A DNA stretch of 64,000 nucleotides, taken from Octopus vulgaris (lineage: Eukaryota). Below, in pieces: positions 41,269 to 53,535 of this stretch. The stretch is taken from contig OX597819.1 in NCBI GenBank assembly GCA_951406725.2, positions 81,592,001 to 81,656,000 on the forward strand, in the 5' to 3' direction. Both the position numbers and the translations under genes were made by a program. Position 1 is the stretch's first letter. Every line of letters begins with the position of its first letter. The notes below the pieces were generated by a model. That model was given only the letters and a program-made list of their open reading frames with translations. It made no database searches and was not told where the DNA came from.

Positions 41269-41975
41269 GTATATATTTTTGAAGATATATTATATTTCAG
41301 AGTAAAATATAACATTTGAAAACCAAAATTATTAGTTGCTAGAAGTTCACCTTGAAAGGACATGGTTTTCAGCTGAATCCTACTGCATGTCATCTTGGTT
41401 AAGTACTTTTTATCATAAACATGGACTGAACAACTTCATATGAATGATATTTGGTAGATGGAAGCCATATGAAAGTCCATCAGACGGATCTTTCCTGTTT
41501 AGGTGCTAAACTTAATCTGTGTCCTGGTTTAACACCACCATCTGTCTAATGGATACCTTTAGTGGAGTTCATTCTGTTGCAAGAATTTTGAGCTAAGTAT
41601 CCAATGTGAAGGTAGCCTTCCTCCCTTGTTTCCTCCAATCTTGACAGTCCTAAAAATGATCATTAGTTCTGCCCTTCTTCCTCTTCTGACTATACCTTAA
41701 AATGTTTGTTTTGTTCATCTCAGTTCATCAAATTCTTGAAAGCAGGTGCCTGAATTTCAGAGACTTGAAATGCAGTAAGTTGTGAAGTTAGAGTTAGCAT
41801 ATTTGAAATATTGCACTGAGTGGACTATGAAATTCAATTATGAAATTTTCTTAGATTCAGATTCAGATTTATTGTGCTCCTTTACATAATTCAAATAATC
41901 CACTGTACACATAATTTGTTTTATAACTTACAGCAATACTTTTATTTTCATTCAAAACATCTTCTCTTTCACAAG

Positions 41976-42055
41976 GGGGTCCTCTACGAAGACGGAATAT
42001 GAATGCTCTCGCCATGGAAATTTTTGAAACCCATCAAGGGACTCATATATTACAG
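41976..42055 (+). CDS. trh: trachealess / NPAS1-3, next exon (linker up to the start of PAS-A)
   Basis: Phase-compatible with the previous exon: G|GGPLRRRNMNALAMEIFETHQGTHILQ, matching Trh E.FE.HQGTHILQ(SLDGF). Acceptor CTTCTCTTTCACAAG| and donor CAG|GTAAGT. Confidence 0.92.
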
Positions 42056-43190
42056 GTAAGTTGTTTAAATTAGTTTTGAAATCCTTTCTTCAAATCACCA
42101 GAATACAACAATATACTGATATATAAGTTGTTTGAGTAATTTTACCTTTCAGATCTTCCTGTTCCTTTTTACTTCCAGGACAGTTTATCTGGGCTTCACA
42201 AACTTACACTAAAAACATTAACTCTGCGATAAATCCTCCTGACTGTAGGTTAATTTGAAGTGATTTTTGATTGAACAAATTTGTGTTGTATCCTTGAAAA
42301 TAGCTAATATTCAGTTTATCAGAAAAATGTTGGATTAAATATTGTCTGATGTTTGTGGGTAGCTAACTGTTCTTTCATCAATCTCAGTGCTAGAACTCTT
42401 AAGTATAATACTGTTATGTATCACAACTACTCGTACCCCCTGCTCTGATATGTAGCATAGAGTTAACCAGTCAGACAGATCATCCTATATCATATATATA
42501 TCCCACTGTTCTGCTACATTTCACATAGTTCTATGCTCAGCTCTGATATTTATCACAGATTCATTAAGTCAATGAGAAACTTTATGTGGTCACCTAACCA
42601 TCTAGAAATAGCAACCAAATATCCTTTAAATCTCACACTACAGCCTTAAAAAATACAAGAATGCATTGAATAATGTAATTTCAGTCATATCGTAAAAGAA
42701 CTAGAATACTTGAGTTGACCTGGGTGCTAACCAACAACATCTGAACTTCATTATAGCAATTATTTTTATTGTTTGAACTTATCTTCTTATTATATATCAT
42801 TTTACAGATGTAGTATAGGAGTACCAGCTGATAGATCCTGAGTTCAAATCTGTTATGTTTCACATTTACTGTTCCATATTTGAGCTACATATCTATTTCT
42901 TCAGTTCATCTATCTCTTGGCAACATATACCAGATCATACAGCTATATTATTCGTAATAAAACTAACATCTTTGTTAATCAATAAGTTTATATCTCAGAT
43001 ATCTCATACTATATGTATCAGATTTAAATGTCTTTCAGAGGCTACTAGAGGCATTGACATTTCTTTAAACAGTATAGTATATTAGAATGAATAGAAATGC
43101 AAGTATTTGCTAGAAATGGTAAATCTATAAACAGAAGTCTTTTCTTCAATGTATTTTAAATAAGTTTGGTTAAGAAAATTATGTTATATA

Positions 43191-43246
<56 letters not shown>

Positions 43247-44282
43247 CTTTTGTTTTTTGTAATACTAATAATAATAATAGCATTTATAAGCAAATTATAT
43301 AATCTAGTGTTTTTTGTTAAAGAATATCATGGTCAGATCATAAGGTTTAATAAGGTGATGAGAATTAATAAAAGAAATGAGTATGTTTCTATTATTTTTG
43401 CATATTATTCCTTTATTAATATTATTCTGGATGTTGGGTGTATTAGTAAAATGCATTTTTAAAGTTAGAATTAGTTTATAGCAAAATACTAGGTTGTGGG
43501 CTTAGAGAAAAAGTTCATTTATTTTACTATAAATAAATTAGAAATTGCAAGCACAAAGGACATGTAATTCCTTTTTAATTCATGGTTTCCCATCTTTTCA
43601 GTTCATTGTTTCACAATTTGCTGCAATAATTACATTTTTGTAGTTGGCATAGCACTAGAGATTTGTAGAACAAAGAAGACGATAGCAAAAGTTATGAAGG
43701 ACATATTATATAATTTATTGTTGATGACATTTATTCAAACCATTCTAGTTATTAGTAATAAATATAACACATCCAAACTATTTTTCAGAACATTGTTCCA
43801 TAACTTCTCTAATCTTTCTATCATTTGGCAATATACCAGCAGATTATATTTGTGTTTCATAAACAGATGACCTGATCAAACTTCAAACTATTTTTGCAGG
43901 CTTCTTTAGATTCCAAGATTTTAAAGATTTTGATCTCAGACATTCTGACTCCAAAATCTTTCAGCACTGATACACTGAGTAATATTCAGACACACAATAG
44001 TCATTTTGATGATCAGTCTTTAGCATAATAATGCTAACTTCAAGATCTGTCTGGTTTTAGCAGATTTGACCAGACAAGTTCTTTAGCAGAATAACTTACT
44101 TATTTATGTTGATTCTCAAGTGTTCATTAATATTATGAAATAAACAACAAAAATATGTAACAGAAATAAACATATATCTACTCTAACCTAAAAAAAGTTT
44201 TTAATTAAAATTAAATTAAAAATAAAGTATTTTGAAAAATCCTTTTAGCATGATACCTGTAGTTATATTATTATTTATATTC

Positions 44283-44905
44283 AAGGTGGTGAGCTGGCAG
44301 GATTATTAGCAGCCTGAACAAAAACACTCAGAGGAATTTCTTCTAGCTTTACATTCTGATTTCAAATTCCACCAAGGCTGACATTGCTTTTCATCCTTTC
44401 AGTGTGGGTCAACTAAGTACCAGTTGAATATTGGAGTTGATGTAAATAATGAGTGCTCTCCCTCAAATTTCTGGGCTTGTGTCTATAGCATAAAATATTA
44501 TTATTATCAGGGTGCTAAGAGCAGCATCCGAGCATGATCGTTACCAGTGTCGCCTTACTGACACCTGTGCCGGTGGCATGTGTAAAAAGATTGGAGTCTG
44601 GTGCAGCCATCTGGTTCGCCAGCCCTCAGTTAAATTGTCCAACCCATGCTAGCATAGAAAGTGGACGTTAAACGATGATGGTGATGATGATGAGTATTAA
44701 GGTAGGGAGCTGACAGAATCATTAGTGAGTTGAACAAAATGCTTAGTGGTATTTCTTCTGACTCTTTATGTTCTGAGTTGAAATCTGGCTACGGTCAGCT
44801 TTGGCTTTCACGCTTTCAGGATTGATAAAATAATGTACCATTCATGTAATAAACATGTCCCCCTCCACTCAAAATTGCTGGAACTGTGCCAAAAATTAGA
44901 AAGAT
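44283..44905 (+). mobile_element. Two SINE family A copies flanking an RTE 3'-UTR fragment (44510-44693)
   Basis: Family A heads at about 44283 and 44699; RTE-type tail CCAACCCATGCTAGCAT..AAACGATGATG. Confidence 0.75.
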
Positions 44906-45269
44906 TTTTTTACCAAATTTAATTTGGTAAATATTTGTGAAACATTATCTTTTTTTCTCCATTAGGAATCCTATTCATTGTCACCTTTTTACTAACCTTG
45001 CTTGCAATTTATTTTCAGCTCAAATACGACATGTTTTTTTTACTGTTTTGATTTTTCCCATTTTTTTTATCTATTTATTTAATAAATCAAATAGATTGAC
45101 TTGAAGTAAATTACAGAATATGACTTTATTAATAAAATTCCAAGTTTAGTTTTTGCCGAAACAATGAGAAATAAAACAGATTATTACATAATGTATGTAT
45201 GTGTGTGTGTTCAAGTGTGTGTGTGCGTGTGTGTGTGTGTTCATGTGTGTGTGTGTGTGTGTGTGTGCA

Positions 45270-45715
45270 TGCATGGCTGTGTGGTTAAGAAGTGGTCATG
45301 GGTTCAGCCCCACTGTACGGCATCTTGGGCAAGTGTCTTCCAGTATAGTCCTAGGCCAACCAAAGACTTGTAAAGAAGCCTGTCATGTGTAAATATATAC
45401 ATAATATACATATATATTTTCAGTTCTGCATCAGGTTATTGGTCTCACAATGCCTAAGAGAAATATATATATATATATATTTATATGATTTATATGTATG
45501 TGCATGTGTCATTGTACTTGTCACCCCACTGCCCACTCAATAACCTGTGTTGGTTTATTTATATCCTTGTAATCTTGCAGTTCAGCAAAAGAGACCAATA
45601 GAATAAGTACCAAACTTAAAATATAAGTACCAGAGTCAAACTGTTCAACTAAAATCCTTCAAGGTGGTACCCCAGCATAGCCACAGTCCAATGAAGGAAG
45701 CAAATAGAAAATAGA
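45270..45715 (+). mobile_element. SINE family C copy
   Basis: Same head and tail as 24560-24935. Confidence 0.7.
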
Positions 45716-45884
45716 TGAAACTAAATACTTTAACCCTTTTGATGTCAACCTGACCAAAACTCCTCAATTTCAGTAATACAAAATCTCATTATCATATTTA
45801 AATTAAAACATACTAATACAATCTGATGCAAGAACCAATTTTACAATTAGGTTCTAAACATCAGTTTAACAATAGATATGGTGA

Positions 45885-46957
45885 AACTCTCTGCAATGGG
45901 TGTGGGGATGACTTTTTTAACTGGTTGAAATCCTTCATCCTCAGCCGAAAGGAGGTAGTCACAGTTCTAGGACAGCACTCTACACCATATGAGATGTCAT
46001 CGGGTGTACCACAGGGATCTGTCCTTGGTCCCTTCTTGTTTGTGGCATACATTAATGACATAGATGCCAATTTAAAGAATGCCACAGTATTGAAATATGC
46101 AGACGACATCAAGCTGTACCTTGAAATCAAGAGGACTGATCCTGATGTCTACAACTCTTTCCTGCAATCAGACCTAGACACAATGCAGCAATGGATCACA
46201 GACTGGCAACTGAAACTGGCTGTGGACAAGTGTACCACCATGCATTTTGGGAGAAAAAACCCTGCGTCCACATACTCCCTCCACAACACTGATATCAAGA
46301 AATCCTCTTGCGAGCGTGACCTAGGCATCACTGTCAGCAGTGATTTGCGTTGGACAAAGCATATCTCTAAAATTGTCAAGAAGGCCGAGGGTGTCTTGGC
46401 ATCACTCAGCAAGACTTTTGTTAGCCGCTCTCCAGCCATCTATTTAAAACTGTATACAGCTATGGTACGACCACACTTGGAATTCGCATCATCAGTTTGG
46501 AATCCCTATCTTGCTCAGAACATTGACCTCCTGGAATCTGTCCAGAGACGTGCAACCAAACGCATACCCTCCATCAGACACCTACCATATTCTGAGCGCC
46601 TTGTTTCCCTGGGCATGGATTCACTGAAGCTCCGGCGTCTGGCGACGGACTTGGTAAACACCCACAAGGTTATCAACCACCTCACCAACAACAACACTGA
46701 ACACCTTTTTGATCTCCATGTGTCTAACACACGTGGACATGCCTACAAAGTCAGAAAACAGCACAGCTCCCATGACTTTCGGAAACATTTTTTCACGCTC
46801 AGGGTTGCTGAAGCGTGGAATAAACTGCCTGCATCAGTTGTTGACTGCCATGACACTGCATCCTTTAAGGCCCTCATGCTTCCCGAAATCCGTCGAAACT
46901 ACACCTGATTATATATACACTTTAGATGAGTTGTAGTGCACCTGAGCACTGTACACA

Positions 46958-47001
<44 letters not shown>
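45885..47001 (+). mobile_element. CR1/L2-type LINE, 5'-truncated: RT C-terminal half, 3' UTR and (TTA)n tail
   Basis: SGVPQGSVLGPFLF..YIND, KYADDIKL, ERDLGI, LYTAMVRPHLEF, TRGH, FFTLRV..WNKLP; stop at 46908; (TTA)n 46958-47001. Confidence 0.92.
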
Positions 47002-47002
<1 letters not shown>

Positions 47003-47136
47003 ACTTGGGTATTTTACTAAATCACATGAAATTTTTATTGTTTACAAAATTAATTATTGTTGTTGTTTGACATTAGCAAAGTAATACTGTGTAGAAATTG
47101 AAACCACTTTCATGAAAAAAGAAAGTTTATCAAACA

Positions 47137-47296
47137 GGTGCAGGTGTTGCTGTGTGATACAAAGCTTGCCTCCTAGCCACATGATACCAGATTCAATCTC
47201 ACTGCGTGCCACCTTGGTCAGGTGTCTTCTGCAATAACCTTGAACCAACCAAAGACCTTGAGAGTGGATTTGATAGACGGAAACAAGAAGCTTGTT

Positions 47297-47334
<38 letters not shown>

Positions 47335-47810
47335 ACACACACACACACACATACATACACACACACACACATGCATGCTCGCACGCACACACACACACAT
47401 ATATGGCTGTTTGTTGACAACTCTTTCCACCTTGTAACTGTAATAATAAGCAGTTTTTCTGCCGTTTTAACAGTGATACTGTATTTGAAATATCACTTTC
47501 TTGTCTGATACACATTTGATACTTCTAAAAATGAAAACAAATGTTTATATACGCTCGTGGTTGTTACATGTGTGCACGTGCGTGTGCATGTGTTTGCATC
47601 TGTGTTTATCCTCCACACCACTTGACAACTGGTGTTGGTTTGTTTACATCCCCAGAGCTTAGAGGTCCAGCAAAAGGGCCCGATAGAATAAGTACTTGGC
47701 TTTAAAAAATATTCACTGGGATTGATTCATTCAACTAAAAATTCTTCCAGATGGTGCTTCAGTAGGGCAGCAGTCAAATGACTGAAACAAATAAAAAGAT
47801 AAAAGATAAA
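47137..47810 (+). mobile_element. SINE family C copy with expanded (CA)n interior
   Basis: Family C head and tail motifs. Confidence 0.7.
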
Positions 47811-48702
47811 ACAAAACAAGAGTCAAAATATTGATCAGGAACTGGCTTTAAATTCCTATCATTTTACAAGAAAGTGGTGAATGTTGGTGGCATACCTTTT
47901 CTTAAAGGGGATCCATTGAACAATACAAGTACAATTGTTTTGAAGCATTTAGATCCACCAACACAACTCTCATCCACAAAAAAGAAAAGAAAAAAAGAAG
48001 AAACATGAACTACAGTATTTCATTTTAAAAATTACCTCGCCCCCACTCCTGCGCACACACAGACACTTCTCTATTTTTTTAGGTATGATATTGTATTAGT
48101 ACTGTGGAATCTGTCTTTTCTGTTTAATTTATCTTTATTTTTTAATTTATCTTCCTTTTATTAATCTATAAGACTATCAGTGGTCAGCTAAATTATGTGA
48201 GCAAAATTTCTTAAAACCAGTAACAAATTTACTGAGAAAATAAGGAGAGGGAGAGGAAGAGAAAAATTAACTGATAGATACACTAACTAGTGAGAGAGTA
48301 AGTAGGAGAAAAGAAACAGGAGATAAAAGATATACCTGCAGAAAATTTGAACACCTGGAAGGTAAACTCGTCTAAGAAAACAAACCTTTCAAACCTTTGA
48401 CTTATTCTTAGTTATCTCACTAAACATTTCCTTTTAGTATCTAAATGATAGGTCAGTGGGCTCTCTGCCTATCAAAGAGAAACAGTAATAGTAGTACTCA
48501 ATTGTAGACTGAAACTAACTTCTGTTGATTTAGTCATTTCGGTCAACTGTAAACTAATCCCAAAGATCCTAGTGAAAACAAACCTAAATTAATTTTTTTT
48601 TTAAAGCATCAGCTCTAACAACCAACCCATTTAAAGTCTTTATATATATATTTTCTATTTCTCTCTGTTTATCCAAGTTATATGTGTGTATATATGTATA
48701 TA

Positions 48703-48741
<39 letters not shown>

Positions 48742-48742
<1 letters not shown>

Positions 48743-48871
48743 ATTCTTATACAAAAATTTTGTTGAAAGTGACTTCAAAGTTTCTGTCATCTAAGCCATT
48801 GCTGGACTGTTCGACAATGGCTTAGCAGGCCAAAACTTCAAAATCACTGTCAACAACATTCTTGTATAAGA

Positions 48872-48874
<3 letters not shown>
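48742..48874. repeat. ~130-bp palindrome made of two divergent hammerhead-like halves, between (TA)n tracts
   Basis: TATTCTTATACAA...CTAAGCCATTG / CAATGGCTTAG...TTGTATAAGAATA. Confidence 0.8.
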
Positions 48875-48903
<29 letters not shown>

Positions 48904-48960
48904 ATGTGTGTGTGTGTGTGTGTATATGTATATATATATATGTGTGTGTGTGTGTATATG

Positions 48961-49025
<65 letters not shown>

Positions 49026-49028
49026 ATA

Positions 49029-49067
<39 letters not shown>

Positions 49068-49080
49068 ATATATATATATA

Positions 49081-49457
49081 GTGGAGGTGCAATGGCCCAG
49101 TGGTTAGGGAAGTGGACTCATGGTCAAAGGATTACAGTTTCGATTCCTAGAGCGGGCATTGTGAGTGTTTATTGAGTGAAAACACCTAAAGCTCCATAAG
49201 ACTATGGCAGGAGATGGTGGCAAACCCTGCTGAATTCTTTCACCACAACTTTCTCTCATTCTTTCTTCCTGTTTCTGTTGTACCTGTCTTTCAAAGGGCC
49301 AGCCCTGTCATACTCTGTGCCATGCTGAATCTCCCCAAGAACTACGTTAAAGGTACACATATCTGTGGAGTGCTCAGCGTCTTGGACGTTAATTTCACGA
49401 GCATGCTGTTCAGTTCATTGGTTCAACTGGAACCCTCGCCGGTATAACTACGGAGTG

Positions 49458-49460
<3 letters not shown>
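49081..49460 (+). mobile_element. tRNA-derived SINE family B, full length
   Basis: GGAGGTGCAATGGCCCAGTGGTTAGGG...GTTTCGATTCC head; homologous to 23754-24121; (CA)n tail. Confidence 0.85.
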
Positions 49461-49512
<52 letters not shown>

Positions 49513-49636
49513 CTGGAGCAAGCACATAAATGTGAAACAAGGTGGGAAAAAGAGTACTCAAATACCAGAGGTAGAGTAATATGCTTTATTTAAAAGCAGC
49601 AAAATTTGACATAATATAACATTTATGTGACGTAAC

Positions 49637-49689
49637 AATTCTTACAGCCGTTTCCACTTCCGATGTTAGTCAGTGCTTCTGAAAGAATT
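49637..49689 (-). ncRNA. Degenerate hammerhead-like motif (UUCAGAA core)
   Basis: AAUUCU-UUCAGAA-GCAC...GUG-GAAAC-GGCU-GUA-AGAAUU. Confidence 0.45.
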
Positions 49690-50185
49690 ATGAAAATAAT
49701 AATGCTTCTTAATTATATTTAGTAAACTGTTTGAACATGAGAATTGTATTCATGGTACTAATTTGTTGGTGGATCTAGTAGGACTACACCTACGTAAGGG
49801 TCAATATAATTTTTAAAGTATTCAATTTAATACAAACAATCTTACTTTTAGGATAATGTAATGCATATTAAGTATAATTAGTAAACTGTCTGAACATGTG
49901 AATTATATTCATAGTACTAACATGTGTTTTGGACTTAAATTTTAATCACTTAAATGTTAGTGGCTTTGGGATTTTGCCTTTTCGTGTACCTATAAGGTGG
50001 AATTTTCTTAGGTACTTGTACATATTTGTTTGCCCATTATTACCACTACCCAAATTTTTATGTGCTATCTAAGATGTAAACGCCAATATTATTTTAGTAG
50101 GTTTTTTACATATATTCTTAGTTGTCTCCCCTTAACTATAAAATGTCATAGTATTTTGTTTGACTGTATTTATCTATATATTTAT

Positions 50186-50186
<1 letters not shown>

Positions 50187-50228
<42 letters not shown>

Positions 50229-50790
50229 TTAAAATTATTGTATACAGTGCTCAGGTGCACCACAACTTGTTAAAAGTGCGTATAAAGCTTATGCAGTAAT
50301 GTACAAATGTCTGGGAAGTGAACAGTGTATGAGTCAGATACATGCTTGCGTGTGTATGGAGGGGAGAAAATCAGGTGTAGTGTTGGCAAATCTCAGGAAG
50401 CATTGAAGTTTTGAAGGATGCAGTGCTCTGATAACAAACAACTGATGCCGGCAGTTTGTTCCATGCTTCAGCAGCTCTTAGCATGAAAAAATGTTTCTGA
50501 AAGTCATGGGAGCTGTGCTGTTTTCTGACTTTGTAAACATGTCCACGGGTGTTAGACAGGTGAGGTTTGAAAAGATGCTCAGAATTATTGTTAGTAAGAT
50601 GGTTAATAATTTTATGGGTGCCTGCCAAGTCAGCTGCCAGACGTTGGAGTTTCAATGTATCCATGCCCAGGGAAGTAAGGCATTCAGAATATGGCAAATG
50701 CCTGATGGAGGGTATTCTCTTGGTTGCATGTCGCTGAGTGGTTTCCAGACGATTAATATCCTGAGCAAGATTGGGGTCCCAGACCAGTGG
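50187..50790 (-). mobile_element. CR1/L2-type LINE 3' fragment, same family as 45885-47001
   Basis: LGMDTLKLQRLAADL...TRGHVYKVRKQHSSHDF; shared 3' motif GTGCACCTGAGCACTGTA; (TAA)n tail. Confidence 0.9.
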
Positions 50791-51513
50791 ACGAGAAGTT
50801 GCAGAAGGCCATAAGTGACCTCGTTACACCTATATCAAAGTCTTCTTCCCTGCATCCTTTATTTACTTACTTTTATTTTTATTTTTTTATTTACACATCC
50901 ATTGACACAGTTTTGACTTTTGCCCTTAGTTCAAATATAATTGACCAATTGTAGAGATCACTAGATTTCAGTCTATCCCATTGCAGACAATAGGTGGTGT
51001 ACTCTGTAATATTTCAGTAAGTACACTATCATAAGAACCTTATGGTATTATTTTGGATAGATATCAGCTAGAGATTTTTACGATAACATAGATACTGCTC
51101 TCTTTCTAGACATGTCAGTAATTTTCTTGTATTATTTATTATTTTTTTTTGCTAACTTCTTTTCACAACTTTTAAAACATCTCAGTTCTCCCTTTATATG
51201 GAACTAATCTGAAAATTTTTCCCTAGACCATTACTAGATCATTCTTTTGCCTACTAACTTTGAAGCCCTATGATGGAAGTTTGTATGATTTTAATATATT
51301 AGGCCTCCGGGTTTTTTTCTATAGACCATGTTTTCTTTCCTATTCCCACTTCCTTTTGTTTATTCTATTGTTATCTGCACTCTACAAGTGTACCTGCATA
51401 TCCATGCTCAGCGATAACAAGGGTAACTGATATAGATAGTAAACACGGATATGTTATCCCTTAGTCAGTAACTATAACCACTAATTCTGCTTACCTATAT
51501 ATATATATATATG

Positions 51514-51548
<35 letters not shown>

Positions 51549-51554
51549 TCATAC

Positions 51555-51585
<31 letters not shown>

Positions 51586-51673
51586 TATATAAGTTCAGCA
51601 AAATTTAGATTCAAATGAATATGGTACTTAAGTTAGATGCACCAGAATTTTGTATATAAATCCATGGGGTGAT

Positions 51674-51877
51674 TATAATCAAAATAAGCAACAAGAATAA
51701 CTTCGGTAATTTGGTACGATCGTTTTGCACTACATCATTTCATTAAATGTTGTATTACAACAGTTTTAAAAGTGCTCAGCATTTTAAAACTGTTGTAATA
51801 CTTACAACATTTAATGAAATGATGTAGTGCGAAACGATCGTACCAAATTGCCGAAGTTATTCTTGTTGCTTATTTTG

Positions 51878-51883
<6 letters not shown>
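51674..51883. repeat. ~210-bp near-perfect palindrome containing the 3' half of a hammerhead
   Basis: Arms 51674-51771 and 51782-51883; right arm has GUGCU...AGUGC-GAAAC-GAUC-GUA. Confidence 0.9.
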
Positions 51884-51932
<49 letters not shown>

Positions 51933-52047
51933 TATATTATATTAATAATAATAATATGACAACAAAAGAATGAATGAGAGCCCAATATTATGTAAAATAG
52001 ACGAATTTATCTATAAATATAATATGTGACAATTAGTTGGTTGTCAT

Positions 52048-52108
52048 AATAAAACTCAGAGTTTCGGATGCCAGGGCCGAAGTCTGTTCCGGCATCTCAT
52101 CAGTTATT
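52048..52108 (-). ncRNA. Type-I hammerhead ribozyme, canonical core
   Basis: AAUAA-CUGAUGA-GAUGCC..GGCAUC-C-GAAAC-UCUGA-GUU-UUAUU; same strand as the PLE ORF. Confidence 0.8.
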
Positions 52109-53040
52109 AAGACAAACACTATGAAAAAAACCATTGAAGGGAAATTACTCCAATAGGCATGGAGAAAGTAACACTTCATTCATAGAATCTGGATATGCAC
52201 ACATATACACACACACACACATACACGTACGCGCACACAGACACACACATGTATGTATATATATATATCTATATACATACTCACGTGTGTACATATACAT
52301 ACAAACACTCATATATACATATGTCTACCCATACATGCACATACACATGCATATATATCCATGCCCACATCACTATGCTCATATACACTCTCTACATGCA
52401 CACACACATACATATACGGATATACAAAACATTGATTATATGCACATGCATATGCATACATGGAAAGACGTATATACAAATAAAACACATGCGCAAAAAA
52501 ATTAAACCATAAAACATTCACATTTGCCACAAAACTTGAATATACAAATGAGTTTTATATATATATATATATATACACACAAATACACCCTCCTGTCTGT
52601 CAAACACATCTACACCTGCAGATATATAAAAGTATATAAATACGTATATGCATGAAGGAAGGAATCAAGTACAACAGGTAGAGTCATGCACTCGTATATA
52701 TACAATCATATACACCTGTATATAGGCACGCACATACACATTAGGTATATACTACACGTGTATAAGTTACACAATTATAAAGGGGGAAAAATAATATACA
52801 GAAAAAATATATAAAGCAATAAAATATATATAAGAAATATATAAGAGATGTTAAGACATATGAAAGGCTTGTACATGAACATAATGTAAAAAGCAGGTTC
52901 TATCTGTGATCTTGGGGTGGGAGTCCAAAAATGTAGCAAATGTTTTGCCATATGTGGACACAACCCAAAAGTTCAGTTCTTGAATTTAGACATGTAGTGG
53001 GGTCTAAAGAACATACCCAGGTGAGCCATCTTTCCATATC

Positions 53041-53535
53041 TCAAAGACCACACTTTCCACTGCCATTGGTATAAGGCTTACATTTAGCCAAGATCTTCCA
53101 GTGAATCTTATAACTGACACCTTTTTCTTTTAAGGACCATATATAACTGGATAATTTGGTTGTTTTCCTTTTATCCCAGTGTCTGAAGTGTAAGGTGTAA
53201 TTGTTAAACCTAGCTTTAAAATTTCCCTCTGGGAGACCTACATATTTCTTTGACGAAACTATGTCCTTAGTGGTTGTAGACTCTACAGTGGTTTCATAAA
53301 TGATGGCCTCGGTCGTACAAGCTCCATTTAGTAGGCACAATTTTTTAACTCTGCAGGAACAACCAGCTTCATTTTGTTGTTTTTGTGTAATGTGCGCAAT
53401 TATATATTCAAAGTTAGCAGTAGAACTAAAACTAATTTTTAAGTTGTGCCTATTAAAGAGCTTTCTATAATTATGATTGATTGGAAAATGCCTATCAATA
53501 AGTGATAAGAAATACTTACCTATATTAAAGGTCAC
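53041..53535 (-). pseudogene. PLE linker and GIY-YIG endonuclease remnant
   Basis: ORF-track translation contains the IIY-YVG motif, R and CxC/CxL motifs. Confidence 0.85.

Noticed and set aside
49081-49155. tRNA gene
   Set aside because: The tRNA-like A/B boxes are the head of a multi-copy SINE followed by a shared body.
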